Source: a virus. Taken from it: DNA of 64,000 nt. The position numbers and the translations under genes were made by a program. The stretch covers positions 32,001 through 96,000 of IMG/VR virus record IMGVR_UViG_3300010399_000001, one strand, 5' to 3'. The notes under the pieces are model-generated. The model saw only the letters and a program-made list of their open reading frames with translations. It was not told the DNA's origin and ran no database searches. Below, one piece after another: positions 54,957-64,000 of the stretch. Each line of letters opens with the position of its first letter. Within the stretch, counting starts at the first letter, position 1.

Positions 54957-56798
54957 TTAGGACCAGGTGCCGGTAGAGCCGGAGCGGTCCGACTTCTGGA
55001 TGCCCTGCATGATGCCGCAGTACTGCGGGGCGTTGGCCACCAGGGCTCCATACATGAACATGGAGAACCGGAAGGTGGCGTCGATCACGGGCCAGCTGAT
55101 GCTCAGGTAGTCCTGAACGGCCACGAACTCCCACACGTTGGACACGTTGGACCAAGCGAACGGGAGGGTGTAGCTCATCGCCATGACGGTGCCCTGCGGC
55201 AGCCACGGGTGGACCAGGAGCTTGAGGATGCTGCGGGTGATCGGGTTCTGGAACTCGGAAACCGCAGCACCGGCGCGCACGCCAGGAACCTCGGACTGCT
55301 CCACGAACAGGCGGTAGTTCGTGGTGGTGCCCGAGTTCACGATGTCGTTGCTCAGGCGCATCAGGTCGCCACCCTCACCGATCAGCTCGGCGGGGTCGGC
55401 GCGGTAAGCGCCGGGCGCGTCCCACAGGCCCTGAAGCATCGTGTTGATGTTCGAGATGTGCAGGGTGTCGCCGACGTTCTGGTTGACGTAACCGCCCTGC
55501 CAGTTGGCCGGGTAGACCTGGCCGGAGCCCTGAGAGTGACCAGCGAGCACCGGGATGATGCCCTCCTGGCCATTGGTCGAACCAGTACCGGTGTCGGCGG
55601 CCGGAACGACGGTGCCAGAGGTCGGCAGAGCGCCCTGGAGGGTGAAGTTCAGACCACCCACCTGCGACTGCATCAGGTAGTAGGTACCGGCGGAAGCGCC
55701 CGTGGTGACGTACAGGTTGTACCACTGCGCGCCAGGGACCGGAGAGATGGTCACGTCCACGACATTGCCGTTGGAGGTGGCGACCGAAGCACCGGATGCG
55801 GCGGCGGTCTCACCGAACCAGTTGGCAGCGGTGACCTTCACGAACACGTTGGTGGTGACGCCGGACAGACCGGTCTCACCCGAGTTCGCGGAGCGCGCCG
55901 TCAGAGTCGCAGTGGCAGGGGTGCCGAGGTTCGTCGAAGTGGAGGCAAGGTGCATGGCCTCTTCCGACAGCATGAACTCCTGAAGCAGGATCAGGTTCGC
56001 CAGGGCCGAGATGTCCTCGAAGCCCTGACCACCGAACTGCGCGAGCCACGAGAGCGACTCGCTCAGGCCCCAGAACTTGTACGGGACGTTGAGGTCCACG
56101 GCGTCCTGAGCACCGCTGCCCGGCAGGTTGAGCGGCCAGTTCTGCATCGAGCCGGTGCCGGAGACCAGCTCCGGAATACCCAGGTTGACGAACTTGCCGC
56201 CCGAGGTGCCGGTCTGCGAGCCGGAGATGCCGGTCACGACCTTGGTGCGGCGGGAAGTGCCCTGGCCCGGAACTCGCGCCAGCTTGTTGCGAATCGGGCT
56301 GTAAACCGGGTAGATCAGGCGGCTCGGAGCCACCAGGTCGAACGGCACCAGGCCCGACGCCAGCGGCGAGGGCAGGGTGAAGTTCTTCGACACGTCCTTG
56401 CCAAGCAGATCACCGATCTGCGAGGTGATCGAGCCGAGGAACTGCGTCATGGCGTAGTTCTGCGGCGTCGAACCCAGGAAGGAGCCGAACTGGTTGGCGA
56501 ACTCCGGAGAGAGGCCCTTGATGACCTCTGCGGGCCGGTTCAGGCCGTCCTTGACGGCCTTGGTCAGCAGCTTCTCGGCGCGCATCGAGCGGGTGAAGAC
56601 CTGCTCGTCGTCCATAAGCGGCTGGTTGCCACCGGCCTTGGCGTAGCCCACGCCCTTGACCAGGGGCTGCATCTTGCCCGCGAGCATCTTGTTGATGCCC
56701 TCGGGGTTCTGCGCGGCGGACTCTACGTCAGACCACGCACCTGCGAAGTACTGCTCATCCGCGACATCGCGGACGTTATCAAGCACGGTGTTACCCAC
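54957..56798 (-). CDS. major capsid protein
   Basis: Follows protease; FDLVAPSRLIYPVYSPIRNKLARV; VHPWLPQGT; strong codon bias. Confidence 0.8.
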   Translation of the reverse strand: MGNTVLDNVRDVADEQYFAGAWSDVESAAQNPEGINKMLAGKMQPLVKGVGYAKAGGNQPLMDDEQVFTRSMRAEKLLTKAVKDGLNRPAEVIKGLSPEFANQFGSFLGSTPQNYAMTQFLGSITSQIGDLLGKDVSKNFTLPSPLASGLVPFDLVAPSRLIYPVYSPIRNKLARVPGQGTSRRTKVVTGISGSQTGTSGGKFVNLGIPELVSGTGSMQNWPLNLPGSGAQDAVDLNVPYKFWGLSESLSWLAQFGGQGFEDISALANLILLQEFMLSEEAMHLASTSTNLGTPATATLTARSANSGETGLSGVTTNVFVKVTAANWFGETAAASGASVATSNGNVVDVTISPVPGAQWYNLYVTTGASAGTYYLMQSQVGGLNFTLQGALPTSGTVVPAADTGTGSTNGQEGIIPVLAGHSQGSGQVYPANWQGGYVNQNVGDTLHISNINTMLQGLWDAPGAYRADPAELIGEGGDLMRLSNDIVNSGTTTNYRLFVEQSEVPGVRAGAAVSEFQNPITRSILKLLVHPWLPQGTVMAMSYTLPFAWSNVSNVWEFVAVQDYLSISWPVIDATFRFSMFMYGALVANAPQYCGIMQGIQKSDRSGSTGTWS

Positions 56799-56823
56799 AC
56801 TTAGCCCTTTCGGGTAGGGGTTG

Positions 56824-59433
56824 TCAGGAAGCCAGCACCTTTTCCAGGACGGCTGCGGCCTTCTCGCGGTCTTCGCCGCGAGGAGCGTGATCGCGCGCCT
56901 TTACCAGGTAGGCGATCAGATCGCGCCGCTCCTGGGCTTCGATGTCGATGGGTGCCTTAGCGGACTTCTCCACGGGAGAAATCGGTTCGGCGGGCTTCCG
57001 GACTGCACCCCTCGGCGGGGCCTGAGTCTCATCGGCCTGTGAACCCAGCTTGTCGATCTCCGCCTGCATCTTGGAGATCGTCTGCTCATACTCGCTGCGC
57101 AGGCTGCTGACTTCCTGCGCCACGAGAGACTTGATCAGTTGCGGATCGACCGTCTTCTCTCCGGGGGCACGGCCCTGGGCCGGAGCATTGACGGGCGTCG
57201 GCGTTGCGCCGCTGTTCATGCCTGCGGGCGGAATCGGACCGGAGGCAGGGGCCAGCGCGCACATGTCAGGATACGTCTTCGCGATCTGGTCGTGAAGATT
57301 CTGGAGGGCGTTACGCGTCGCTTCGCGAGATGCGGACGGGTAGAACCCGCGTGCACCGCTGTGCGCCCCGAAGGTCGGATTGTTGCCGCTCTTGTTGCCG
57401 GGGCTCGGGCGCTCCTGGCCAGCGGTGAGCGGACCACGGGAGAAGTCGTCCGGGTCCGGGGTGTGAGTGCTGGACGGGATGCGCGGAGAACCGCCGGGCT
57501 TCATCAGAGCGTGACCGGTACCAATGAACGGGCGGCGGAACTGGCCCGGCTGCGGGGGGGCGGCCGGAGTGAGGTGGATGTTCGGGTAAGAGTCCATGAA
57601 CATCTTGCTCAGTTCGGCGCGCGCATCCGATAGCAGGTCGCGATCAACGCTCTTGATTGCCTCGGCGGTGTCGGCCAGAGAGCGAAGACGTGCGGTCTTC
57701 TTGGCCTTACCTGCACGATCGGCCTCGGCTGCGGCGTCGCGCCAGAAGTTCGGGTCGATAGCATCGGCGATCGTATCCAGCGACGGGTAGACGCTCTTGA
57801 CCGAGTTCTCGTGGTACGCGGCGCACAGGGCGTCGTGCATCCGGCGAGTGCCATAGCTCGGCCCGCTCTTGACTGAGGCGGGTACCTTGTCCGGCGTCGG
57901 GTCCGGATCGGTGGCCATGCCTGCGTCACTCTCGAACGGCTCCACGGTGCTGGTCCCATCCGGCTCGCGGTGAGTACCGGCAGGGGCGATAGCCGGGTCG
58001 GTGTTGCCACCCTGCTCGCCGAGACTGACCGGCTTGGTGTTGCCCGGACCGGCATCCATGGCGGAACCCGGCATCAGGGAGTCGCCCTTGGCCAGGGCGC
58101 GTGCATCCTCGATGGACACAGCGCCTGCGAGGATGTCAGCCAGGAGCTTCTCGGCCTTGTTGCTCTTGGTGGCCTTCAGCTTGGTACCGCAGCTCTCGCA
58201 GCGCTTGGCCGGGGAGTCCGCATCGTAGTCGTGACCGCACTTCGGGCAGTCCTTGGCACCCTTGGTGGCGGCAGGCTTCTCGTCCACATCCTTGCCGTCG
58301 CCATCAGAGTCCTTGCCGTCAGCATCCTCCTTGCCGAATGGCTTGGCGGCACCGTTGAACGGCTTCTTCTTGCCCTTACCCTTGGCCTTCTCGATCTCTG
58401 CCTCGTCCATCTTCCAGGTATCGGGCAGCTTGGCCTCGAACGCCGCGCCCTTGCGCTTGGCGATGCGGATCAGGTTGGCCTTGATCTGCTCAGCCGAGTA
58501 GTTGTCGCTGCCAGCGCGGCCCAGAGAGCGGGCGGCGTCGGCGATATCCTGCGGAACGACGATCGGGAAGGAGCGATCCTTGCCAGCGAAGTCCTCGGCC
58601 GGGATCTTGTCGCGGTCTACGCCGCCTCCGACATTCGGGTCCATCTTTCGCTTGGCGACCCAGATGGTGAAACCCTCGTCATCGCCACGCTCGAAGCCGT
58701 AGTCCTCACCGAGCTGCGACCACTTCTGCCATGCGGCGCGGGCGATCAGGTAATCGGTGCCGGAATGCGACTTCTCGCTCGTCGGCTCAGAGTCGAGCCA
58801 GACCTTGCGATCTTCCCAGTACATCTCTCGCGCCGACTTGAGAGCCACACCTGAAGCGGGGACCTCATCCTGCGGCTCGGCCTCAGCCTTGGCGAGCATG
58901 TCATCGAGATCGCCATAGGTCCACTCGTCATCGCCGAGCTGCTTGTCGGCGCTCTTGACCAGAGTGATACCGCAGTTGCGGTTAGCCGGACGGTCCACCA
59001 GGGAGATCTCGCAGATCTCGGTGTTGTCGCCGAACTTGATGACGCCACCACGGGCCTTGCCGGAGATGTCGCGCTCGATGATCGGGTGGGCGATGCCAAC
59101 CGAGTAGGCGCGCAGGACCCCGGCCTTCACGAGCTTCTTGGCGGTGTCTTCGACCACCAGAGACTTCACGAAGTGGCCATCTGCGGTGGTCTCAACCTCA
59201 AGACCTCGGCCAGCGGGGTAGAGCTTCGGGTTGTGCTGAACGCGGACGTTGCCGCCGGTGTCCAGCCACTTGCGCAGTGCGTCCGCGCTGCCCTGCGGAT
59301 CGACGATCTGGAGGTCTGAGTCGATAGAACCATCCGTCGCCTTGCCGTAGACGATCAGATTCCCATCTGCATCCTCTTCGGACTTGATGATGGGAAAGGA
59401 CGCGTAGATAAGGTTGTCGCTGGTCGTAGCCAC
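56824..59433 (-). CDS. prohead protease / scaffold fusion
   Basis: VYGKAT..IDSDLQIV...VRVQH...AYSVG...EISLVDRPAN; long C-terminal extension; GGAG RBS before GTG 59433. Confidence 0.85.
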   Translation of the reverse strand: MATTSDNLIYASFPIIKSEEDADGNLIVYGKATDGSIDSDLQIVDPQGSADALRKWLDTGGNVRVQHNPKLYPAGRGLEVETTADGHFVKSLVVEDTAKKLVKAGVLRAYSVGIAHPIIERDISGKARGGVIKFGDNTEICEISLVDRPANRNCGITLVKSADKQLGDDEWTYGDLDDMLAKAEAEPQDEVPASGVALKSAREMYWEDRKVWLDSEPTSEKSHSGTDYLIARAAWQKWSQLGEDYGFERGDDEGFTIWVAKRKMDPNVGGGVDRDKIPAEDFAGKDRSFPIVVPQDIADAARSLGRAGSDNYSAEQIKANLIRIAKRKGAAFEAKLPDTWKMDEAEIEKAKGKGKKKPFNGAAKPFGKEDADGKDSDGDGKDVDEKPAATKGAKDCPKCGHDYDADSPAKRCESCGTKLKATKSNKAEKLLADILAGAVSIEDARALAKGDSLMPGSAMDAGPGNTKPVSLGEQGGNTDPAIAPAGTHREPDGTSTVEPFESDAGMATDPDPTPDKVPASVKSGPSYGTRRMHDALCAAYHENSVKSVYPSLDTIADAIDPNFWRDAAAEADRAGKAKKTARLRSLADTAEAIKSVDRDLLSDARAELSKMFMDSYPNIHLTPAAPPQPGQFRRPFIGTGHALMKPGGSPRIPSSTHTPDPDDFSRGPLTAGQERPSPGNKSGNNPTFGAHSGARGFYPSASREATRNALQNLHDQIAKTYPDMCALAPASGPIPPAGMNSGATPTPVNAPAQGRAPGEKTVDPQLIKSLVAQEVSSLRSEYEQTISKMQAEIDKLGSQADETQAPPRGAVRKPAEPISPVEKSAKAPIDIEAQERRDLIAYLVKARDHAPRGEDREKAAAVLEKVLAS

Positions 59434-59477
59434 ACCACTCCCGGGGTGTCGTCTGCCGGTGGGAAACGCGCCGCATA

Positions 59478-60236
59478 CTAGGCCTGGTTGACAAGCGCGG
59501 CGCGCACTAGCTCCCAGTCGTCGAAAATCCACACTCCGGGCGGAGGGTGGGAGGGGGTTTTCGGCAGGTGCGGTGTCCACACGCTGATACCTGGGCCTGC
59601 TGCAAGCCACTGCTGCGGCTTGTCGTCTATCAACACTGCCGGATTGTCCGGTCCATACCTACCGCGCACCCAATCGATCTTGCGGCCCCTGCCGACCAGG
59701 GCCAGGCCATCACGCGGTACGTTCCAGCGATCCAGCCAGTCATTGGTTACTGGGGTCAGAGACGGATCACGCGCGCTGGTGATGTGCACGTGGTAGCCGA
59801 TGCGCTTGGCGAAGCCGATCACATCTATGGCGTGGTAGTTCGGTGCGATGTTCTCGTAGATGTCGCTCTTACTCATCTGCACGGAGAGCCACTGTCGCTG
59901 GGTGCGGTCAAGGATCATGTCCCATTGCGCACCAGCGACATCGCTCGCCTTGTATCCGGTATCGAATGCTGCATTGATCGCAGTCATGGCCGACTCGCTT
60001 GAGAAGGCGATGGTGTCATCGATATCGACTATGAGGACTGGCAGCGCGAGAGCGGCAGCGAACTGCCTGCCGGGATCGGAGACCTGGACATCGTGGTAGG
60101 TATCCACCATATTGGCCAGAGCCTGATCTGGCAGGATGCCAGATGCAGTCGCGGCGTCCACTAGCTCGCTCAAAACGATATGCCGACCATCTCCATGAGA
60201 GTTGGTCGGCATATGGCAGCCGCAGTCGAGGCACAT
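59478..60236 (-). CDS. 5'(3')-nucleotidase NT5C-like HAD
   Basis: VDIDDTIA, ITSAR, TNDWL, LIDDKP. Confidence 0.75.
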   Translation of the reverse strand: MCLDCGCHMPTNSHGDGRHIVLSELVDAATASGILPDQALANMVDTYHDVQVSDPGRQFAAALALPVLIVDIDDTIAFSSESAMTAINAAFDTGYKASDVAGAQWDMILDRTQRQWLSVQMSKSDIYENIAPNYHAIDVIGFAKRIGYHVHITSARDPSLTPVTNDWLDRWNVPRDGLALVGRGRKIDWVRGRYGPDNPAVLIDDKPQQWLAAGPGISVWTPHLPKTPSHPPPGVWIFDDWELVRAALVNQA

Positions 60237-60245
60237 CTATGCCCC

Positions 60246-63200
60246 CTAATGATTGAGCTTGGCCTCGTTCATGATCTTGCCCCACGGTCCGGTCTCCGTG
60301 GAGACCTTCCCGATCCAGGCCTTGATGCTCTTGGCGCCCGCGTCATGGAAAGCGGCGAGGCGGTGATAGCCGTCAGCCACCTTGTACGGGGGGCTCGATG
60401 GCGTCTGCACCAGCACTACCGGGCTGTCGGGTGGGGTGCCGTCCTTGATGGAGTGGACCATCATCGACACCTTCTCCTCGTCGCGCGCCCCGCCGGGGCG
60501 GCGCTCGAATTGGATCTCCGAGAGATCTACCGACACCGGTCCGCGCCAGACTGCACCCTTGACCCACTCGATCACGTCGAGTGGGTAGTGGCGGGCCAGG
60601 TAGGCGTAGACATGCTCGGTCTCATCCGGCAGGTGATGATCGCCATGATCTTCATGGGTGACCTCGGTAGCGGACCCCTCTTCACTGAGGGCCGGTGGAA
60701 GCTCCGGAGCCGGATCGGCCTTCTTACCCTTCTTCTTACCCTTCTTCTTTTTCTTGCCGAGCACTGCGCGCCTAGCCTCAGCCATACCGCCGTGCTCGGG
60801 TGCGACGTGGCCACCCATTGATGCGACATCGCCGTGCAGGCGTTCGGCCACACCGGATACTCCGGTGGGCATCTCATCTTCGGCTGGAACCGCGTCATTA
60901 GGTGTAGAGGCCAGGAATGCCTCACGGGCTGCGCGGATGTCCTGTGCGATCTGGCTTGCGCGGTTCAGATCATCGCCGAATAGATCGTCGAGGCCACCGC
61001 CCGACATCGGGTTGATGCCGATCGAGCTTTGATCGCCCTGCACTGCTTCCAGGTAGCACTTGCAGTTCGGGCCGCCCATGCATAGACCCATGCCGGATGC
61101 GGACATACCGCCGAATCCACCATCCCCAGGCCAGCCGGGAAGCGTTGCAGCACTGTAGACCTGCCCGTCACGCGGTGCGCACAGATCACACGGCCTGGCT
61201 GAAGTGGTGTGCCAGATGATGTATGCGTCCGGATCGGCCGCGAACACGCTCATGCCGAAGCCCTGCTCGAACGCCGAGCGGACCTGAGCGCCGTACAGGC
61301 CGAAACGAGAGAGGAACGCATCGATCAGCAGGCCAGCCGTAAGCAGGTCCTGAAGCAGACCCTGGAGGAAGTCTGACTGCTCACCGCCGAGCTGATCGGC
61401 TAGCGAGGCCAGATACTCCCCATAAGGACCGTCAAGGATCGACTCGATGTCGTAGTCCTCACCGTCATCCTTGGTGACCGGATGGGCGGGGGACAGGGCC
61501 AGGCGTGCACCAGCGAACAGCCCAGAGCGGATGCCGCTGCGCATGAGCGCTGTGCCCTTGTCGATGAACTCCATGTGACCGATGGTGCCCTGCCGCACGC
61601 TCTGCGCCAGCGAGCCCAGAGTGCGAGCCAGGGAGGCGGCCTCTTCGTTCACGACGGCATCGCGAGCGGCCAGGCGGTCTGCGGACTTGATCATGGCCCG
61701 AGCCCGGTTGATAGCGGCTATCGGCTCGACGTGCTCGGCCTTGAGAACCTGCACCACATCATCGGGCACGAACTCGAATACCCAGTCATCAGTATCGCGA
61801 CCCCTGATCATGCGGCGGCGATATAGATCGATCTCCCGAAGGGCTGCGACCTTGCTGGTCGTCTTCTTCGGTGTGACTACCGCCCGTCCGGTGGACTGGG
61901 CGGGCTTGGTGCTCGCGCCCGAGGTGGCATGGGCGGGCGTGCCGGTGACTGGGCGGGTGGTGGATGGGGTCTTAGCGGGGGTTGCAGCAGGCTTGGCTGT
62001 GGGCTTTGCCGGGGTAGTAGCAGGCTTAGCCGGAGAGCCTGGCTTTGTCGGAGCAGGTGCGGGCCCTTGGGTGGCCACACCTGCCTGAGTCGGCAGGGCA
62101 AGCTGCTCGCCCATCGGGCGGCCAGTAGAGGGATCGATCGCGCCGACAGGGACGATGCCGGTAGCGGTAGCCCATACCGGATCGGAAGTCAGAGGCAGAC
62201 CCCACGGCTGCTCGCCAAGCTCGACCCTGGCCTCATCGATGCTCATCAGGCCATGCTCGACCTGGTTGATGAGGTTGTCGATCAGGGACTCGCGATCCTC
62301 GCCCTCCTCAAGCCCTTCCCAGGTGAACTGCATGTCCTCCTGGCCGCAGACCTTCTGGAGAACGAAGTCGAAGACGTTCTCCTTGAGCCAGAGCAGCAGC
62401 GGCTTGAGGGACTTGCGCTCATGGATGGACTGAGAGGCCTTGGCCATCTGGTTGCTTGCGCCGGGCGACATCGTGGTGGAGACCTTGGGTGCGATACCCA
62501 GCTCCATCGGCATGATGTCGAAGGCCATGCAGACCTGAGTCATGACGACTTCATCGAACTGATCGGCCAGTGGAACCGGCCGCATCGGCTCGATACGACT
62601 ACCGCCGGGAAGCACGATGATCTTGTGCTTCCATGCCGGGTCGCCAGCCATGGCGTTCAGAGCATCCTGGAGGGTGCGCAGCTGGTTGGGTGTAGCAGTA
62701 GAGTCACCGGAGGAGATGAAGATGCCGGGGATGGACCCTTCAGAGAAGTAGTCCAGCTGGTACTTCTGCTTCTGGAGGCCCGAGAGGATCGGGACCAGAG
62801 CCTTCTCGATGCAGGCGAATCCGTACGGAGTCCAGTTGCGCTGCTCGTAGGGCAGATACAGGAGCTGATCGCCCCGGTATTCGGCCTCTAGTGCATTCGG
62901 GTCGATGTCCTTGATGTCAGCCCCGGCGATCGCGGTGGTCATATCCACGCGCGGGATGCCGAAGTTGAAGATCTGATAGGCCACATTCGGTGGCTGCGGG
63001 GTACCGCCCATCACATCTAGCAGCGGACGCACCGTAGAGCCGTCGATCAGACGCAGCGATTGCAGATTGCTGCCCAGCAGCCCCTTGCCCGGTAGACGAG
63101 TGGGCTGGAGGTAGACCGAGAGGGCGTCGATGACCAGGATGTCTTCAAGTACCGCAGAGAGCCACGTGGTGAACGAGCGATACTTGCCGGGGTCCGGGTT

Positions 63201-63755
63201 CTCGAAGAAGGCGATCGCCTCTGCGCGCCGCTTCTCGAAGTCCTTGCGGGCGGAAGAGACGCCGCCGCCCATCTTCTTCTCGGCCTCACGGGTCGGCGCG
63301 ATGTTCCACGCTAGACCTAGGACCTCCTGCTTGCGTACGTTGATGCAGGCGCGGGCCACCGAGTAGGTATCGGCCATGGCGCGCAGGGTGGCAAACGGTA
63401 CGAGCTTGAGGCCCTCGTCACCTGGGGTGCCGACCGGCATGTTCCAGGCGACAGGGTAGGTGAAGCGGCGCGGCTCCGGACGGCCGGAGATCGGATCTGG
63501 CGTATCGATACCGACCGGCTCGATCGGCGCGAGAGGGCCGAACGAGCCAGACAGGAATGTCTGCCATTCACGCGGTAGCGGGTTGCCGTACGGGCGACCC
63601 TGAGTCCACTGCTGATAGCTACTGACCACGGGCGAGGTGCCGCCCAGGTTCTGAGAGCCGAACGTCGACTGCACGCCACCGAAGCCGCCGGGCGACATCG
63701 CTCCGGGGTTGAGAGGGGGTAGGGCGCGGGCGACATTGCGGGCGTTGGAGGCCAT
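60246..63755 (-). CDS. portal protein fused to MuF-like head morphogenesis and ParB-like domains
   Basis: Portal N-half (YFSEGSIP, SIDEARVELG), P/A/T linker, WHT..PCDLC...PNCKC, terminal VADGYHRLAA. Confidence 0.85.
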   Translation of the reverse strand: MASNARNVARALPPLNPGAMSPGGFGGVQSTFGSQNLGGTSPVVSSYQQWTQGRPYGNPLPREWQTFLSGSFGPLAPIEPVGIDTPDPISGRPEPRRFTYPVAWNMPVGTPGDEGLKLVPFATLRAMADTYSVARACINVRKQEVLGLAWNIAPTREAEKKMGGGVSSARKDFEKRRAEAIAFFENPDPGKYRSFTTWLSAVLEDILVIDALSVYLQPTRLPGKGLLGSNLQSLRLIDGSTVRPLLDVMGGTPQPPNVAYQIFNFGIPRVDMTTAIAGADIKDIDPNALEAEYRGDQLLYLPYEQRNWTPYGFACIEKALVPILSGLQKQKYQLDYFSEGSIPGIFISSGDSTATPNQLRTLQDALNAMAGDPAWKHKIIVLPGGSRIEPMRPVPLADQFDEVVMTQVCMAFDIMPMELGIAPKVSTTMSPGASNQMAKASQSIHERKSLKPLLLWLKENVFDFVLQKVCGQEDMQFTWEGLEEGEDRESLIDNLINQVEHGLMSIDEARVELGEQPWGLPLTSDPVWATATGIVPVGAIDPSTGRPMGEQLALPTQAGVATQGPAPAPTKPGSPAKPATTPAKPTAKPAATPAKTPSTTRPVTGTPAHATSGASTKPAQSTGRAVVTPKKTTSKVAALREIDLYRRRMIRGRDTDDWVFEFVPDDVVQVLKAEHVEPIAAINRARAMIKSADRLAARDAVVNEEAASLARTLGSLAQSVRQGTIGHMEFIDKGTALMRSGIRSGLFAGARLALSPAHPVTKDDGEDYDIESILDGPYGEYLASLADQLGGEQSDFLQGLLQDLLTAGLLIDAFLSRFGLYGAQVRSAFEQGFGMSVFAADPDAYIIWHTTSARPCDLCAPRDGQVYSAATLPGWPGDGGFGGMSASGMGLCMGGPNCKCYLEAVQGDQSSIGINPMSGGGLDDLFGDDLNRASQIAQDIRAAREAFLASTPNDAVPAEDEMPTGVSGVAERLHGDVASMGGHVAPEHGGMAEARRAVLGKKKKKGKKKGKKADPAPELPPALSEEGSATEVTHEDHGDHHLPDETEHVYAYLARHYPLDVIEWVKGAVWRGPVSVDLSEIQFERRPGGARDEEKVSMMVHSIKDGTPPDSPVVLVQTPSSPPYKVADGYHRLAAFHDAGAKSIKAWIGKVSTETGPWGKIMNEAKLNH

Positions 63756-63772
63756 GGCCTACCCCCTTGCGT

Positions 63773-64000
63773 CTATCTGGTCATGATCCGTGACGCATCA
63801 AAGTAAGCGTCATAGGTATCCGGCAGGGTCGGGCACAGCGCCTCGTGCGCATCCCGAGAGCGGATGCCGGTCTTCCAGCCATCACCGCGATTGACCGTGC
63901 GCGTCCAGCCGCAGCGCGCTGCCGAGGAGCGGCAAAGCAGCACATAGGGCAGATGGCGCGGGATGCAGTCCTCATCCTGGATCTGGATGGGCGCTATGGT
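63773..64000 (-). CDS. 3' end of hypothetical protein (truncated)
   Basis: Open frame TIAPIQIQDEDC...SRIMTR-stop upstream of portal. Confidence 0.4.
   Translation of the reverse strand, partial: TIAPIQIQDEDCIPRHLPYVLLCRSSAARCGWTRTVNRGDGWKTGIRSRDAHEALCPTLPDTYDAYFDASRIMTR

Larger units (their letters stand above)
1..64000. mobile_element. Actinobacteriophage (siphovirus-type) genome segment; prophage vs free phage not determinable
   Basis: Continuous phage gene content: portal, protease, capsid, tail tube, tape measure, endolysin, RecT/YqaJ, RusA, WhiB; no housekeeping genes. Confidence 0.95.

Noticed and set aside
1-64000. Integrase/att site, terminase, DNA polymerase, RNA ligase
   Set aside because: None recognisable in this window; lifestyle and repair ligase cannot be assigned

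Overview
The whole window is one high-GC tailed-phage (siphovirus-type) genome segment of an actinomycete host; no host genes and no integrase are visible. Layout: (1) 1-25.6 kb, minus-strand early/accessory arm (MarR, methyltransferase-like, Tat lipoprotein, RusA, RecT/YqaJ, HicA-like, HNH, WhiB, putative replication initiator, tRNA-Asp plus several aberrant tRNA-like RNAs) ending in an RNA-repair locus: an array of seven Y RNA-like (Yrl) ncRNAs, Ro60/Rsr (TROVE), polynucleotide kinase/phosphatase and a HAD phosphatase. (2) 25.7-36.3 kb, plus-strand arm with RNase H, a ParB-dpdA-queC-queD-queE-folE 7-deazaguanine cluster and many small ORFs. (3) 36.3-64 kb, minus-strand lysis, tail and head genes. 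The most striking element is the 22.9-23.8 kb Y RNA array: each unit has a constant Ro-binding-type helix but a different tRNA-derived insert (permuted tRNA bodies or stand-alone anticodon stem-loops such as Tyr-GUA and Val-CAC). I infer a diversified Ro60-held tRNA-decoy library coupled to RNA end healing. A conserved 14-bp promoter-like motif occurs 12 times in the early arms. All calls are by eye; no searches or folding programs were run.
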